A DNA stretch of 63,634 bases, the filler included, from Octopus bimaculoides (Eukaryota): the NCBI RefSeq assembly GCF_001194135.2. It is 6 parts of 5 records of this genome, joined end to end, with 100 filler letters (N's around TTAATTAATTAA, not from the genome) between each part and the next. Parts side by side here need not be neighbours in the genome. Positions count along the whole stretch, not along the records: positions 44,639 to 55,102 come from NC_068990.1; positions 55,203 to 60,606 come from NC_068996.1; positions 60,707 to 62,335 come from NW_026367459.1; positions 62,436 to 63,634 come from NC_068996.1; 2 more parts are not named here. The stretch is one strand, 5' to 3'. The position numbers were made by a program, and so were the translations under genes. Shown in pieces: positions 50,846 to 63,634 of the stretch (the stretch's first letter is position 1; every line of letters begins with the position of its first letter). The notes under the pieces are model-generated. The model did no database searches, had not been told where the DNA came from, and saw nothing but the letters and a program-made list of their open reading frames with translations.

Positions 50846-52340
50846 GAGGAGGAAGGAGAGGAAGTCCAACTCACCCCCTCCGCGAAATTTTCCAGGAATT
50901 ACCTCTCCTCGGACGTTTCCAGGTGATCTTTTCTCCCCATCCCCTTTNNNNNNNNNNNNNNNNNNNNNNNNNNNNNNNNNNNNNNNNNNNNNNNNNNNNN
51001 NNNNNNNNNNNNNNNNNNNNNNNNNNNNNNNNNNNNNNNNNNNNNNNNNNNNNNNNNNNNNNNNNNNNNNNNNNNNNNNNNNNNNNNNNNNNNNNNNNNN
51101 NNNNNNNNNNNNNNNNNNNNNNNNNNNNNNNNNNNNNNNNNNNNNNNNNNNNNNNNNNNNNNNNNNNNNNNNNNNNNNNNNNNNNNNNNNNNNNNNNNNN
51201 NNNNNNNNNNNNNNNNNNNNNNNNNNNNNNNNNNNNNNNNNNNNNNNNNNNNNNNNNNNNNNNNNNNNNNNNNNNNNNNNNNNNNNNNNNNNNNNNNNNN
51301 NNNNNNNNNNNNNNNNNNNNNNNNNNNNNNNNNNNNNNNNNNNNNNNNNNNNNNNNNNNNNNNNNNNNNNNNNNNNNNNNNNNNNNNNNNNNNNNNNNNN
51401 NNNNNNNNNNNNNNNNNNNNNNNNNNNNNNNNNNNNNNNNNNNNNNNNNNNNNNNNNNNNNNNNNNNNNNNNNNNNNNNNNNNNNNNNNNNNNNNNNNNN
51501 NNNNNNNNNNNNNNNNNNNNNNNNNNNNNNNNNNNNNNNNNNNNNNNNNNNNNNNNNNNNNNNNNNNNNNNNNNNNNNNNNNNNNNNNNNNNNNNNNNNN
51601 NNNNNNNNNNNNNNNNNNNNNNNNNNNNNNNNNNNNNNNNNNNNNNNNNNNNNNNNNNNNNNNNNNNNNNNNNNNNNNNNNNNNNNNNNNNNNNNNNNNN
51701 NNNNNNNNNNNNNNNNNNNNNNNNNNNNNNNNNNNNNNNNNNNNNNNNNNNTATATATATATATATATATATATATATGCATATATATATATATAGTATA
51801 GGATAATCCGTAAGTTGTCATAATCTCACCAGCCAGCATCACCTCAACCTGCAAGCCCGTCATATGCATGTATATTTGTATGTATGTATGTATGTATGTA
51901 TGTATGTATGTATGGATGTATGTACATTATATTTTTGTACTTACATTGTTGAAATCACATTCTTTTAGAAATATTTCTAAATGATTATTTACTGTAAAAA
52001 ATGAAATTGTATTTTTTCGTTGTCAAATTAGTCTAATCGAAAGGTAAGAGTTATTTCCTTTCAGGATTAAGTTAATTTCGGAGACTTTTCCCATTATGCA
52101 CCATTTTGGGTATTTATACCCTGAAAACCCTCAATATTTTCACAACCACTTATCCGATTTACGCGAAATTTCTTTCATTTCATTCGTACTTACGTTTCAT
52201 TGGGGACTTGAGTCGTAGTATTTTCACATTATGCGCCAGTTTGGCTGGGTAACATTGCAAGTAAGCAAGCAAGATTCAATCTGACTTTTAATGTATTATA
52301 GATTTATACATACATACATACATACATACACATGTATACG

Positions 52341-52427
<87 letters not shown>

Positions 52428-53472
52428 CGCACACAAGAAAATCATGAACGCCGTACAATTATATTCTCCATTCGTGTATACATGCAAGAGTTTATCTTGT
52501 ATATCATTTAACATACCTTTATTCGTCTTCGTTGTTCAAATACATCCCACTGGCCACTCTGAGTTATATCTTTTCCCAGTTTTCCTGCTCTCACACACAT
52601 ACATTAACACATACATACATATTTATACATATTATTGGTCGCACATACATAGTGTACGTGTTTTGCTTATGCACAAATCTGCTGCGAGGTAGCATCCAAG
52701 GAAAGCTTCCTATACGACGCCAAGTGTTGAGGGACAGATCAGGCGACACAACTTGCTGCAGATAACCGAAATTAGTTGATGCCGGTATTTCGCCAATTTA
52801 ATGGCTTATCAATACCACGTACTCGGATCATCTTGAAACGAAGTGAATCATTGGTCTGTGACTTGTATTCTAATAGAGTGATGTCTATTTGCTGATGTGC
52901 TGCGGCGCAGCACATGTGGAAGAAAACTAAATTACGAATTAAAAGTAGCTCTATTAATGTAGATTATCGGTTGCACGTACATAGTGTGGCGAAATATCGA
53001 TATTTACCATTCTCAGTCATCCGAGGCGAATTGTCTCGCCTGGTCTGGGACATTCAGTGTTCTTTGACATTCAGCACCGTTTACGGAGCTGTCACTGGAC
53101 GCTATCCGGCAGCAAATAGGCTTTTAAGCACAACACATATATTATGTATGTGCGACCGTTAATGTTTATATTACTAAAGCCGCTTTAAATTCGTAATTTA
53201 ATATACGTGTATATGTGTGTGTGTGTGTGTGTGTGTTAAATAAGAAAAAAGATACATTATCATATTCCGCATTCGTGCGTACGTGTGATCTTGTGTATAA
53301 GTAAAAGAAAAGATCAATAATAACCGATTTCATTAAGGTCGATAAATTGTCTGAACCTGTGGTCGATAACACATGAACCAGGTCCATTTTGTATATATGT
53401 TCGACTAGCTTCAAGGCGGAAACAAATAAAAGATATATAATATACATATGTATATGTATATTATATATGTAT

Positions 53473-53570
<98 letters not shown>

Positions 53571-54231
53571 GCACGCACACACACACACACACACATACAA
53601 TAATGAGTGCGCGCCCGTGTAAACAGAAGCTGGAATAATGCTTGTGACGTTTGCAAGCCCTTCTTCCTAGACTAATGGAACTGGAGTAGTTGATGCTTCC
53701 TGCCTGCCTACCTACCTACCTGCCTACCTACCTACCTACCTACCTACCTGTCTGTCTGCTTATCTACCCACTTAGCCACCTTGAAAAGTTGCAGGTGGGT
53801 GTAGGTAGAGCAGAGAAAATACACGGAAAAGTTTTAGGAGGATTGTTGCCGACCATTCAGTCGACTATACGCCTCACCTACTTTTCACAATTGTAGGCGC
53901 TTGTCTTTACACAAACTTAAATCGATCAGTTAATTTCACCTAATACAAAGGTAAGAGGTAGACAAAAATCATTTCCTACAAGGAAAAGAAAATGAAGTAA
54001 AGTAAAACATGGCCGGTCGATATGTAATGTAAAAAATAGATTCACAAAACTCAAAGTCAGATATTCGGAAATGTTCGTTTACTCGTTAGCTGTTAAAGCC
54101 GAGACTGCAAGTAAACTAGTTGTGGTCTAAATTGGCAAGAATCCATTTTCGTTTTTAATCAGGTGTGAGGCGTTGCACGAAACATCAGTGTTCTTGTCTT
54201 CCCATGCTATTTAAACCTATTCAGTTATCTT

Positions 54232-54798
54232 ATGTCCTTCATTAGTTTCAGTTATTAGACTGCGGCCATGATGGGGCACTGCCTTGAAGGGTTTTAGTCG
54301 ACTATTTCGACCACTTGACTTATTTCGTAAGTCTGCTTCTTATTCTATCGGTATCTCTTTCGCGGAACTGTTGTTGTTACGAGGACGTAAACAAACCAAT
54401 ATTGATTATGAAGCGGTGACGGGAAACGAACACAGGTACAACACGCGCACGCGCGCACGCACTCATACTCAAATATATTTTATCCTTTACCTTTTTACTT
54501 GTTTCAGTCATTAGTCTGCGGCCATGCTGGGGCACCGACTCGAAGGGCTTAGAGCAACAAGTCGACCTCAGTACTTGTCTTTTCTAAGCCTGGTTTTAAT
54601 CCTTTAGATCTGTTTTTGCCGAACTGCTAGGTTACGAAGATGAGAACAAACCAACACCATTTGTCAAGCGGTGGTGGAAGACAAAATCACACACACACAC
54701 ACATACACATACACACCCACCCACACACCCACACACAATAAGTTTGCCTCCCAACCACATGGTTCCGGGTTCAATCCAGATACAGGTTCAATGGCACC
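54232..54798. mobile_element. Cluster of SINE family A pieces: two minus-strand tails (54232-54432, 54488-54680) and a + head (54742-54798)
   Basis: CTGCGGCCATG(A/C)TGGGGCAC repeated near 54260 and 54517; CCTCCCAACCACATGGTTCCGGGTTCAATCC at 54746. Confidence 0.75.
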
Positions 54799-54965
54799 TT
54801 TCTTTCTTTCTTTCTTCTCTCCCCTTACATCTCTTCAGCTCTCTTTTTCTTTCTCTTCCATTGTACTATCATGTTTATATCGTTCCCTTCTTTACCTATC
54901 TTTTCTCTCTACTCGTTCAATTCCCACGGTATGTATGTACGTATGTATGTGCAACTGTATGTATG

Positions 54966-54999
<34 letters not shown>

Positions 55000-55102
55000 T
55001 ACGTATGTAAATACATATATCGACGCACAGAAATGCGCGCACACACACACACAAACGCACATACACACACACGCGCGCGCGCACGCGCACACACACACAC
55101 TA

Positions 55103-55202
55103 NNNNNNNNNNNNNNNNNNNNNNNNNNNNNNNNNNNNNNNNNNNNTTAATTAATTAANNNNNNNNNNNNNNNNNNNNNNNNNNNNNNNNNNNNNNNNNN
55201 NN
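55103..55202. other. Synthetic 100-bp scaffold spacer
   Basis: N44-TTAATTAATTAA-N44. Confidence 0.9.
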
Positions 55203-57627
55203 ACACACATAATACTCTCACATACATACACACATACATACACACATACATACACACATACATACACACATACATATACACATGCATACATACATACATA
55301 CATGCATACATACATACATACATACATACATTCATACATACATACATACATACATACATACACACATAATACTCTCACATACATACACACATACATACAC
55401 ACATACATACACACATGCATATACCCATACACACATACATACATAATACATACATACATTCATACATACATACATACATACATACATACATACACACATA
55501 CATATCACTTACGTCACTCATCCCACCACCAACACTATCGCCGCCATCTTCATAGAAGCAGAGTTTGCAATACTTGTTGTACCCATGAAATGTACTATCA
55601 ATGTCCGCTGCCTTCTTGTGCTTATAATTACCTTTCATCACCAGATGAATCATAGTCGCGAAACCGTTGTGAGCATGTGAATGGGGTCACGTGGCCGACG
55701 TCGACTGTTTGCCATGGCACTGCGCCGTGGAAGCCTGAAGAATCTGGGACATAACAAGCACCTCATTCGCATGCACATGCACATATATGTACACACGCGC
55801 GCGCACGCACACACAGACATACATAGGTATGTGCCTGCTTACATACGTACGTTCACTAACAACTTCCGCTTCACAATACTTTCGGAATGGACAGCAAGGC
55901 AGTTTGTAATTACTGACGAAGAGGCTGACGAACAAATACTGGTGCATACAAATATGCATATACATAATACACACACATACACATGCTTATTCATATGCGT
56001 TCGTACGTTCGTGCGTCTATGTGTCTTCTGATCGCGTGTTTCACTCCATACAATTGAAAGTCATTATGTTATATTTCCTTTGAGACAACTACTTTAAGTT
56101 TCATGTTAGGAGAAAAATATCTGCCTGAGCCTACTCAAACTATTTCAATATAACTCCAGCATTACTCGGCTCTATGTTTAAAATCATCTAACTTTAGGAC
56201 AAAATTGTTCTTTTAAAAATAGTTATTTGAAAGTGAAAAACATCTTTACCTTATCTAGCCATCCATTAGCACTCTAAATCTGGTCAGTGGACTTGCATAG
56301 TACACTCATCGACACTCTGACAACTTTACAAATTCCTCCAAAATTTGGGATCATCAGCACATCACCACAGCTAGATACCATGTTATACATCAACGTCAAA
56401 CGGTTGCCAAAGCATACAGTCTCTGTCGTGTATAGCGTTCTGTAAGATGGTCGTGTATTGCCTTCTGGGTATCTACGAGATGGAGATGTCCAGCTGCCAA
56501 ATTCTAACCAACAGCACAAGTGTGCCGATGTCCTTTGTCTCATCGTCTCTAACAAGATTGTCGTATCTTTTTACGACTTTATTTAATGGTATATCCTTAT
56601 CTGACGGTGCGGGAGAGTGTACCTGTGTATCCCCTAGACCATGCTTGTGTTTAAGCGTGTCTCAATGTGTGTGCTTACGCAAACATGCGTATACCTATCT
56701 AAATGATCTTTTTCTTATTTTTCTTTTTTTTGTGTGTCTTAATTAGGAATAACTATGTGTAGATCTATTACCTGTACATATAAAAAAAAAAAAATAAACT
56801 GTATCCATTCCTTTCATTCCAAATCACGAAATCTGTATGGGACAAGCTACAAGCAAATAACGACATGCATTATAATCGAACCAAGCGAAATTTAGTTTAT
56901 TATGCAAAGTACCTTTTGAAAAGGCTCCTGACGAGACACAATTGTACCGAAGAATGCACTAAAACCAGTTCTACAATATCTTAATATATACTTTGAATTT
57001 CATACGTAAAGAATACCAGAAATACAAAGTGCAAAATAAATCATCAAAAACAAAGACTAGTACCCGATAAAAATGACAGCAATCTAATTATAGGCTGGAA
57101 ATTACACGCCAATTTTCGTAAACGAAAAGAACAAGATATTACCGGACATGAAAGGAATGCGTTTTCATTTTGCATTCATATTTTCACAGATAAGTAATGC
57201 ATTAAAATGATACTAAAATGTAGAATAAAGTCTAGAGTAGAAAAACAAAAAACAAACAGAAAAGAAAAACAAAAAACAAACAGAAAAGAAAAACAAAAAA
57301 AAAACCTTTGGATCCATTCAGATATACACAAACTTAAAATATGCATTCTCGAAATTTAAATAGAATATTTAAGAGAAATAATACGTTATGAAAGTATAAA
57401 TAGACGAACCTAAGATAGACAACAAAAATGTGAACATGCAGAATGTAAACCACGAAGATATACTTAACATGTAATAAATTTTAGAGCAAAAGAAAAACAA
57501 AACAAAATAAAAAGCTAGAAACAAGCCTAAACTGAACCAAATCCTAGAATAGTGTCCAACAACAACAACAACAACAAAAGAATTAGAGCAATACAAACTA
57601 ATAGACGCACACATATACACACGCGCG

Positions 57628-57667
<40 letters not shown>

Positions 57668-59137
57668 TACGTACACATATACACATGCAAACACACACAT
57701 ATAAAGAGAATATGAGAAATATTTACGAATAGAAAATACTGAACATGAAAATCGCGAACACGACAATGTAAAGTCAGAAACTATTAAAAACATTCAAACC
57801 AATGGGAAATGCTCTCATGAGCCAACAAAAATACTTCTCAAGAATAAAATTCATCGATAAAATAATAACAAAAATGTAAACCATACAATCGCAAACTTAA
57901 TGAAAACGGACACTGGACATTAACGTCACCAGGTTAAACGAAATAATATATGTAACAACCACGAAAGGAAAGCGAATACTCCCTCATATCTATTCATCTA
58001 GGAATAAAGACACACAAGCAAGTAAACTAGATATCAAATATACACCAAAAATAAAAGATAGACTATAAAAGAAGCAATCATTAAATCCTTAACGATTAGA
58101 CACAGCTGAAGAGAGACAAATAGTACGGGAATATAACATTAACAAAAAGACATAACTAAAATGGAAGTATACATAAAACAGGAAGTTGTCATTAAATATC
58201 AAAGGATCAATTGGTATGAAAATCATGAGTAATTCCTTAAACGAAACAAAATATTAGAACGATTTTAGCAAGAGGTAGGTAAAACTAAAACTGGAAATTA
58301 ATACAGAATAAATAAGAAAAGTGGGTTAATTATCGAAGGAGTATGAACGGTGAAGAAATCTCGAATGATGGGGATGATTTAAACAACGAAAGCAGCACTT
58401 GAACATTCGTGAAAGGCCATAAGAGCATAACTCATTACATCATCCTACGTCGGGAATGATACTTCAATTAGGAGGCAATTTCCTGATGGTCCTTGATAGA
58501 TTAGCGTGTATTAGCGTGTATTATTCAATTACTTCTTTATTTTTAATGCAGTACGATATGATTTGATTGAGATTTGGCTACTATTTCTGGAAATTGGTGT
58601 GATTGCAAAGAGGATCCTTCACTGGTATGTTCTTATTACAATTGACCATTAATGTATCTTCAGTGTGAAAGGAAGACAGAATGATCTTTCGTAATGGACT
58701 TGTTAGTATTGTAGTATTGTGCGGAAACACAAACTTTCGTCTGTTTATCATTGGAATTTAGTGAGCAGTGGTGCATCATAATGTCGGCTATATGTTTCTA
58801 TTTTATATACACGGAAACCAGGGCTTTGGTCTACTCGATCTTTGAAATCCATGTTTCCTTGTAATACGCTTACAAACAGTAACGTTTTAGATAAAAAGAA
58901 TATATGTGTCTGTGGCAAGAAATAGCATGGTAACTGATATTGACATTTAAATATATATTCTAAGAAGCAAACAAATACAAAGGGCTTCGTCATTTGTTCC
59001 TTCTATAAAATTCCACTGATAAAAGGAGAAAAAAATGGTAGGTCCGCAACAATAGAAGCGGATGCTTCTTCAAGATGTCGCGCAGTTTGAAACTCCAACT
59101 TCTTAAGAAGACAGCTATCCCTCCGCAAATTTATATT

Positions 59138-60190
59138 CAAGGTGTCCCAGAAAGATTTATCCATTGATATTTCTTAATCATTCAAAATAAACTTAAGGTA
59201 GGATAATGAAATTTGGAACACACATTCTAATTTAAACTGTCAATCAATTGCAGTAATTACATTTCAAAATGACCACTTTTCGCCATGATCATAACCTGCA
59301 AACAAGTGGTCACTGAGTTGCATGAGCATCATACCACCTCATCATTCAACTCGACCCATGAAGACAGATTTCTTCAAATCTGATACATGAATAGGTGCGA
59401 GCAGAAACATTACCTCTGAGATGGACCAGATAACAAAGTCAATGGGATATATATGACTTGAGGGAGGCCTTATCATCTTGCGCCAAAAAGCGCTGATATG
59501 CTCTTTGCACCATCTCTGTGTCAAACTGGATATGTAAGCCGGAGTCCCGTCTTGAGGGAAGATGTAACGTTCACCAAAGGTTTCTGTGACAAAGGGTAAC
59601 ACTTTCTCATCTAACATTTTCACATAAACTTCACTGTTGACTTTGACGCCAGCATCGATGAAGATCAAGGGAGATTTGGATACGTTAGATGCAACTGCGG
59701 CACACACCATAAGTCAAGATGGCTTCTGACGGCGTAAATGACTCTTGATACCTTCAAGCAAGTCTCCTGCATTACTGCATAAAGCCTGTCATTCTGCCTG
59801 TTGGTAACTGCTTCTATGGTGAAGATCTCATCAGACCATATCAACATTTCTGTTAGCAGCGTGTTTCGACTCAGCTAACATGGTTTTACTCCTGTCGAGC
59901 CGTTTTTTCTTGGAAGTTGCTAAAATTAACCACCGGCATTGTTTCTTGCATGCAGTTAGCTTTAAACCCTCTTTAAAAATCCTGTGCATTGACGATTTCG
60001 AAAGACCTTTTGCAGTTTTTCTTTCACTCCTACGGGGATTTCGGTTCATTCGTTTCTTCAGAGATTCATCAGTTTGTTTGGTACGAATTGATCGATTCCC
60101 ATCAGGAATTGGCTTGCTAGAGGTAGTAGCGGACTCCATATATTGTTTCTACGTATTGAACACTATTATACGGCACATACTCAACTGTTT
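59138..60190 (-). mobile_element. Tc1/mariner maT (DD37D-type) transposon, frameshifted transposase
   Basis: Three overlapping minus-strand ORFs give RNPRRSERK.AK.LSKSSMHRI / IWSDE.FTIE.VTNRQNDR / VMVCAAV..SPLIF..GVKVN..Y / QDGTPAY..WRK.IRPPSS..PIDF. D2-D3 spacing is 36 here, with an apparent one-codon loss. TIR-like CAAGGTGTCCC at 59138; the other TIR was not found. Confidence 0.85.
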
Positions 60191-60443
60191 TGTTATACCC
60201 TTGTTGCTCACTGCACCTGTTTTCAAAGACACAATCTGGTCACGTTTTGCTTTCGACGCCATGTTTGTTTACAAACTTGTTATAGATAAATGAAACAATA
60301 GACACATGAACAAAAGACATATGCATATCTATATGCAAAACACAGATAATATTACCAGAACCGATTTTCTTTTGGAAGCGTTTTAAACATGGGCAAATAT
60401 GTAAGTATGTATGTATATATGTATGTATGTATGTATGTTTGTA

Positions 60444-60516
<73 letters not shown>

Positions 60517-60606
60517 ATCAATATATTTATATACACATAAGCGTATGGCTGTTCGTTGTGTGTGTGTATGTATGTATGTCTATATATATATATATATATA
60601 TATATA

Positions 60607-60706
60607 NNNNNNNNNNNNNNNNNNNNNNNNNNNNNNNNNNNNNNNNNNNNTTAATTAATTAANNNNNNNNNNNNNNNNNNNNNNNNNNNNNNNNNNNNNN
60701 NNNNNN
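60607..60706. other. Synthetic 100-bp scaffold spacer
   Basis: N44-TTAATTAATTAA-N44. Confidence 0.9.
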
Positions 60707-60910
60707 CTTAACATAGTTCTCGGGGATATTCAGTGTGACACAGAATGTGACAAGGCCAGCCATTTTGAATTACAGGTGCTACTCATTTTTGCCAGCTGAG
60801 TGAAGTGGAGCAATGTGAAATAAAGAATCTTGCTCAAGAACTCAACTCGCCGCTAGGAGTCGAACTCATGACCTTATGATGGTGAGCCGAATATCCTGAC
60901 CGTTAAGCCA
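60707..60910 (-). mobile_element. tRNA-derived SINE family D-like
   Basis: CTCATTTTTGCCAGCTGAGTGAAGTGGAGCAATGTGAAATAAAG..GGAGTCGAACTCATGACC is the reverse complement of the 38925 head and central region. Confidence 0.75.
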
Positions 60911-61419
60911 CATCCATCATCCATCCATCCACCCATGCATGCATACATACAATTAGGCTTTTCAAAACCAGAAAGGAACAAACTAATACGAAGACTACAG
61001 ATCCAATCCATCAGTGGAACTGTAAAAATCTGTAAAACTTTCCAGAAGTTTATCATTTAAATATATATGAGCATGTCTAGATATGCAACTATATGCACGA
61101 GAATACATAACATAAAAATAAAACATACAAATTTGCACACATACATATATACATACGTACATACAAGCATGCATGCATACATATATACATACATACGAAC
61201 ATACATGCATGCATACATACATACATACATACATACATACATACATACATACATACATACCACGTTGTTGATATTGAAATTCCAATGAAGGAGCCTTGAT
61301 TCTAGATTAGAAACCGGCTCTTTCTCTATTGGCAAGAAATCTTAAAATAAAACTGAGCAATGTTATACATACATACATACATACATACATACATACATAC
61401 ATACATACATACATGCTGA

Positions 61420-61590
61420 TTTTCTCTTCCTCCGTTTTTCCATTCTTTGAACTTTCCTTGTTTCCGACGAAGGACTCCGCCCGAAACGTTATACTCTCTC
61501 TCTTTCCTTTCCCGAGCGTCCAATAACACTATCCGTATCACGTCCTCACTTTGTTGTTTTTTTGTTATTGTTTTTTTTTGTTTTTTAAAA
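61420..61590 (+). mobile_element. Probable PLE pseudo-LTR tail with decayed HHR motif (61461-61494)
   Basis: TTT-CCGACGA-A-GGAC-TCC-GCCC-GAAA-CGT-T-ATAC followed by a pyrimidine/T-rich tail. Confidence 0.5.
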
Positions 61591-61591
61591 C

Positions 61592-61622
<31 letters not shown>

Positions 61623-62220
61623 CATACATACATACATACATACATTACTCTAGTGTACCACGTAGATGGAGAGAGACGTGTTGAATTTTGACGCGTTATA
61701 GTGGGGGTCACAAACAATTTAGTCGCTTGATCTGAAGAAGAGCAGAAACTGTCGTAGTACAGGTCGAAAACACTTTGAGAGGACAGCGTATATTTTGTGC
61801 ACTGGAAGCTCAATTGTGTCGGTGAACGACTCCATGCTATTGTAGCGATGTTGCTTTATTTAGGATGATTGTGTTTGTAGCAGCAGCTGCTTCGATCTCA
61901 GACAAGTGGGTGGAATATATCTCGTGGTCTTCTATTCACTTGAGTGTTTTTTTTTAAACAAAAAAACGATCCAGCAACTATTAAGGGCTGGAATGTTACT
62001 TAATTTAATCAATGACCCTAGGGAGTAAGGACCATTTTCTGCTTTCTATTAGAAATAAGAAAATCTATACAGGATCTATAAGAGTCGTCAAAATGCAACT
62101 AATCATATAATGCTGCAGACAATGCGTATTCAGCAATTACCGCAGTAAAACGCATATCAATCTATTGTAATGTAGATATTGCTACAGGACTAACAGAAGT
62201 GCAGCGCAAAATCACACGGG

Positions 62221-62254
<34 letters not shown>

Positions 62255-62335
62255 TAGATGGACACACCGCGCGTGCGTATCAAAATACACGCACATACAC
62301 TTCCGCAAAATTTCGCTGATACACATACACACATA

Positions 62336-62435
62336 NNNNNNNNNNNNNNNNNNNNNNNNNNNNNNNNNNNNNNNNNNNNTTAATTAATTAANNNNNNNNN
62401 NNNNNNNNNNNNNNNNNNNNNNNNNNNNNNNNNNN
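62336..62435. other. Synthetic 100-bp scaffold spacer
   Basis: N44-TTAATTAATTAA-N44. Confidence 0.9.
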
Positions 62436-62519
<84 letters not shown>

Positions 62520-62599
62520 ATATATACAAATATAGAGTGACTAACGGTAACGCATCCATAGCTTTATAGACGACTCGTCAGACTCCAATGGCCGAAGGC

Positions 62600-63174
62600 A
62601 TATAACTCCTCTTCAAAGTGGAGGTAGAAAACCGTTACGCTCAGTCAATTTGTAAACGAAAGAATGATATAGACTTAGAAAATTCCGGCTGTCAAATCTT
62701 ATGCCTAACGGGCAAAAAGAGAATCTCCGCACTTAGACTAGTTCCGGTCTGCAAGTACTTTTTACTACCCTAATCGACGAATGGAGAATCCCATGCCTGC
62801 AGTTGGTAGCGTTTGAAATGGAGGCAGGGACTATAGATCTCGTGTCTTGAGTTGAGAGATCTCGAGTGCAGTGAGTCTTTTAGGATCCACTCTGCTATGC
62901 AAAGCTTGCATCGTTCACTCCCGTTTATATAGGCTCCCGGCTGCTCCATTTAATTTCGTATGGAGTTTCTCCATCCTTAAGGCGCCACATGTGGCTGGCC
63001 AGAAGGGCGAAGACTCCCTGTTCGGCCTTTATGTCCATAAAATTTGAATACTGGACCGGTCTAAGGGCAAAATAGCTCGTCTCGTTTAAGCCTCAGAAAT
63101 TGTATATTATTCTTTTGTTTATGAATTAACTGACCGTAACGATTTTCTATCTCGAGATTGAAGAGAAATTATAT
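62600..63174. repeat. ~575-bp unit bounded by ~72-bp imperfect inverted repeats
   Basis: 62621-62671 versus the reverse complement of 63103-63153: 8 mismatches in 51 nt; the match extends to 62600 and 63174. Confidence 0.75.
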
Positions 63175-63375
63175 ACTTAAGAGTGATATTTAATAAACGC
63201 ACCGACATAACCTGTATATATATATGTTTGGTATATACTCGTATTATGAAAATGATTAAATTTTTATTGAAAAGACTTTGAAGAATTGGGTTCAAAAAGC
63301 GTGAAAATTTTCGTCTCAACAAAGCTGAACTTTTGGCTGCTTTCTTTAAGTTTCTCACTGAATTATGTATGTCAC

Positions 63376-63446
<71 letters not shown>

Positions 63447-63450
<4 letters not shown>

Positions 63451-63600
63451 CGTAGGAGTGGCTATGTGGTAAGTGGCTTGCTTACCAACCACATGGTTCC
63501 GGGTTCAGTCCCTTGGGTAAGTGTATTCTACTATAGCTTCGGGCCGACCAAAGTATTGTGAGTGGATTTGGTCGACGGAAACTCAAAGAAGCCCGTCGCA
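63447..63600 (+). mobile_element. SINE family A head/body
   Basis: TAGGCGTAGGAGTGGCTATGTGGTAAG..CCAACCACATGGTTCCGGGTTCAGTCCC..AAAGAAGCCCGTCG. Confidence 0.85.
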
Positions 63601-63634
63601 TATATGTATATATATATATATATATATATGTATA

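Noticed and set aside
56274-56555. 93-aa non-repetitive minus-strand ORF
   Set aside because: No recognisable motif, no convincing acceptor, and alternative frames are equally plausible.
56928-56952. CTGACGA-GACACAATTGTACC-GAAG hammerhead-like motif
   Set aside because: Needs three corrections (two in stem II, GAAG to GAAA) and lacks stem I; too degenerate to call.
57700-58460. A-rich stretch suggestive of an old LINE ORF
   Set aside because: No recognisable RT or endonuclease motif in the frames examined.
61724-61748. CTGAAGA-AGAGCA-GAAAC-TGTC core-like motif
   Set aside because: No stem II and almost no stem I; probably chance.

Overview
Eukaryotic, AT-rich, gap-riddled genomic window dominated by di-, tri- and tetranucleotide microsatellites and short interspersed repeats. 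The repeat style resembles an Octopus (coleoid cephalopod) assembly; this is inferred from repeat style, not proven. I recognise no host protein-coding gene: nearly all long ORFs in the track are microsatellite or N-run artefacts, and only a few weak exon candidates exist. Supported content is (i) three Penelope-like retroelement (PLE) coding remnants (RT with YIDD or YVDD, GIY-YIG endonuclease), one bounded by ~165-bp inverted pseudo-LTRs; (ii) two CR1-group LINE remnants; (iii) a frameshifted maT (DD37D-type) Tc1/mariner transposase, a mariner 5' end, a hAT-type MITE with a perfect 8-bp TSD and two pogo/Tigger-like MITEs; (iv) many copies of several tRNA-derived SINE families; (v) five synthetic 100-bp scaffold spacers. 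The most interesting signal is a set of type I hammerhead-ribozyme (HHR) folds. One is near-canonical and full-size (22508-22567), a mirror pair sits in the inverted PLE ends, and several keep the helices and GAAA strand but have an altered CUGANGA strand. Two further ~0.56-kb non-coding units are bounded by long imperfect inverted repeats and each carries an internal TATA-like motif. All folds were paired by eye and none was tested computationally.
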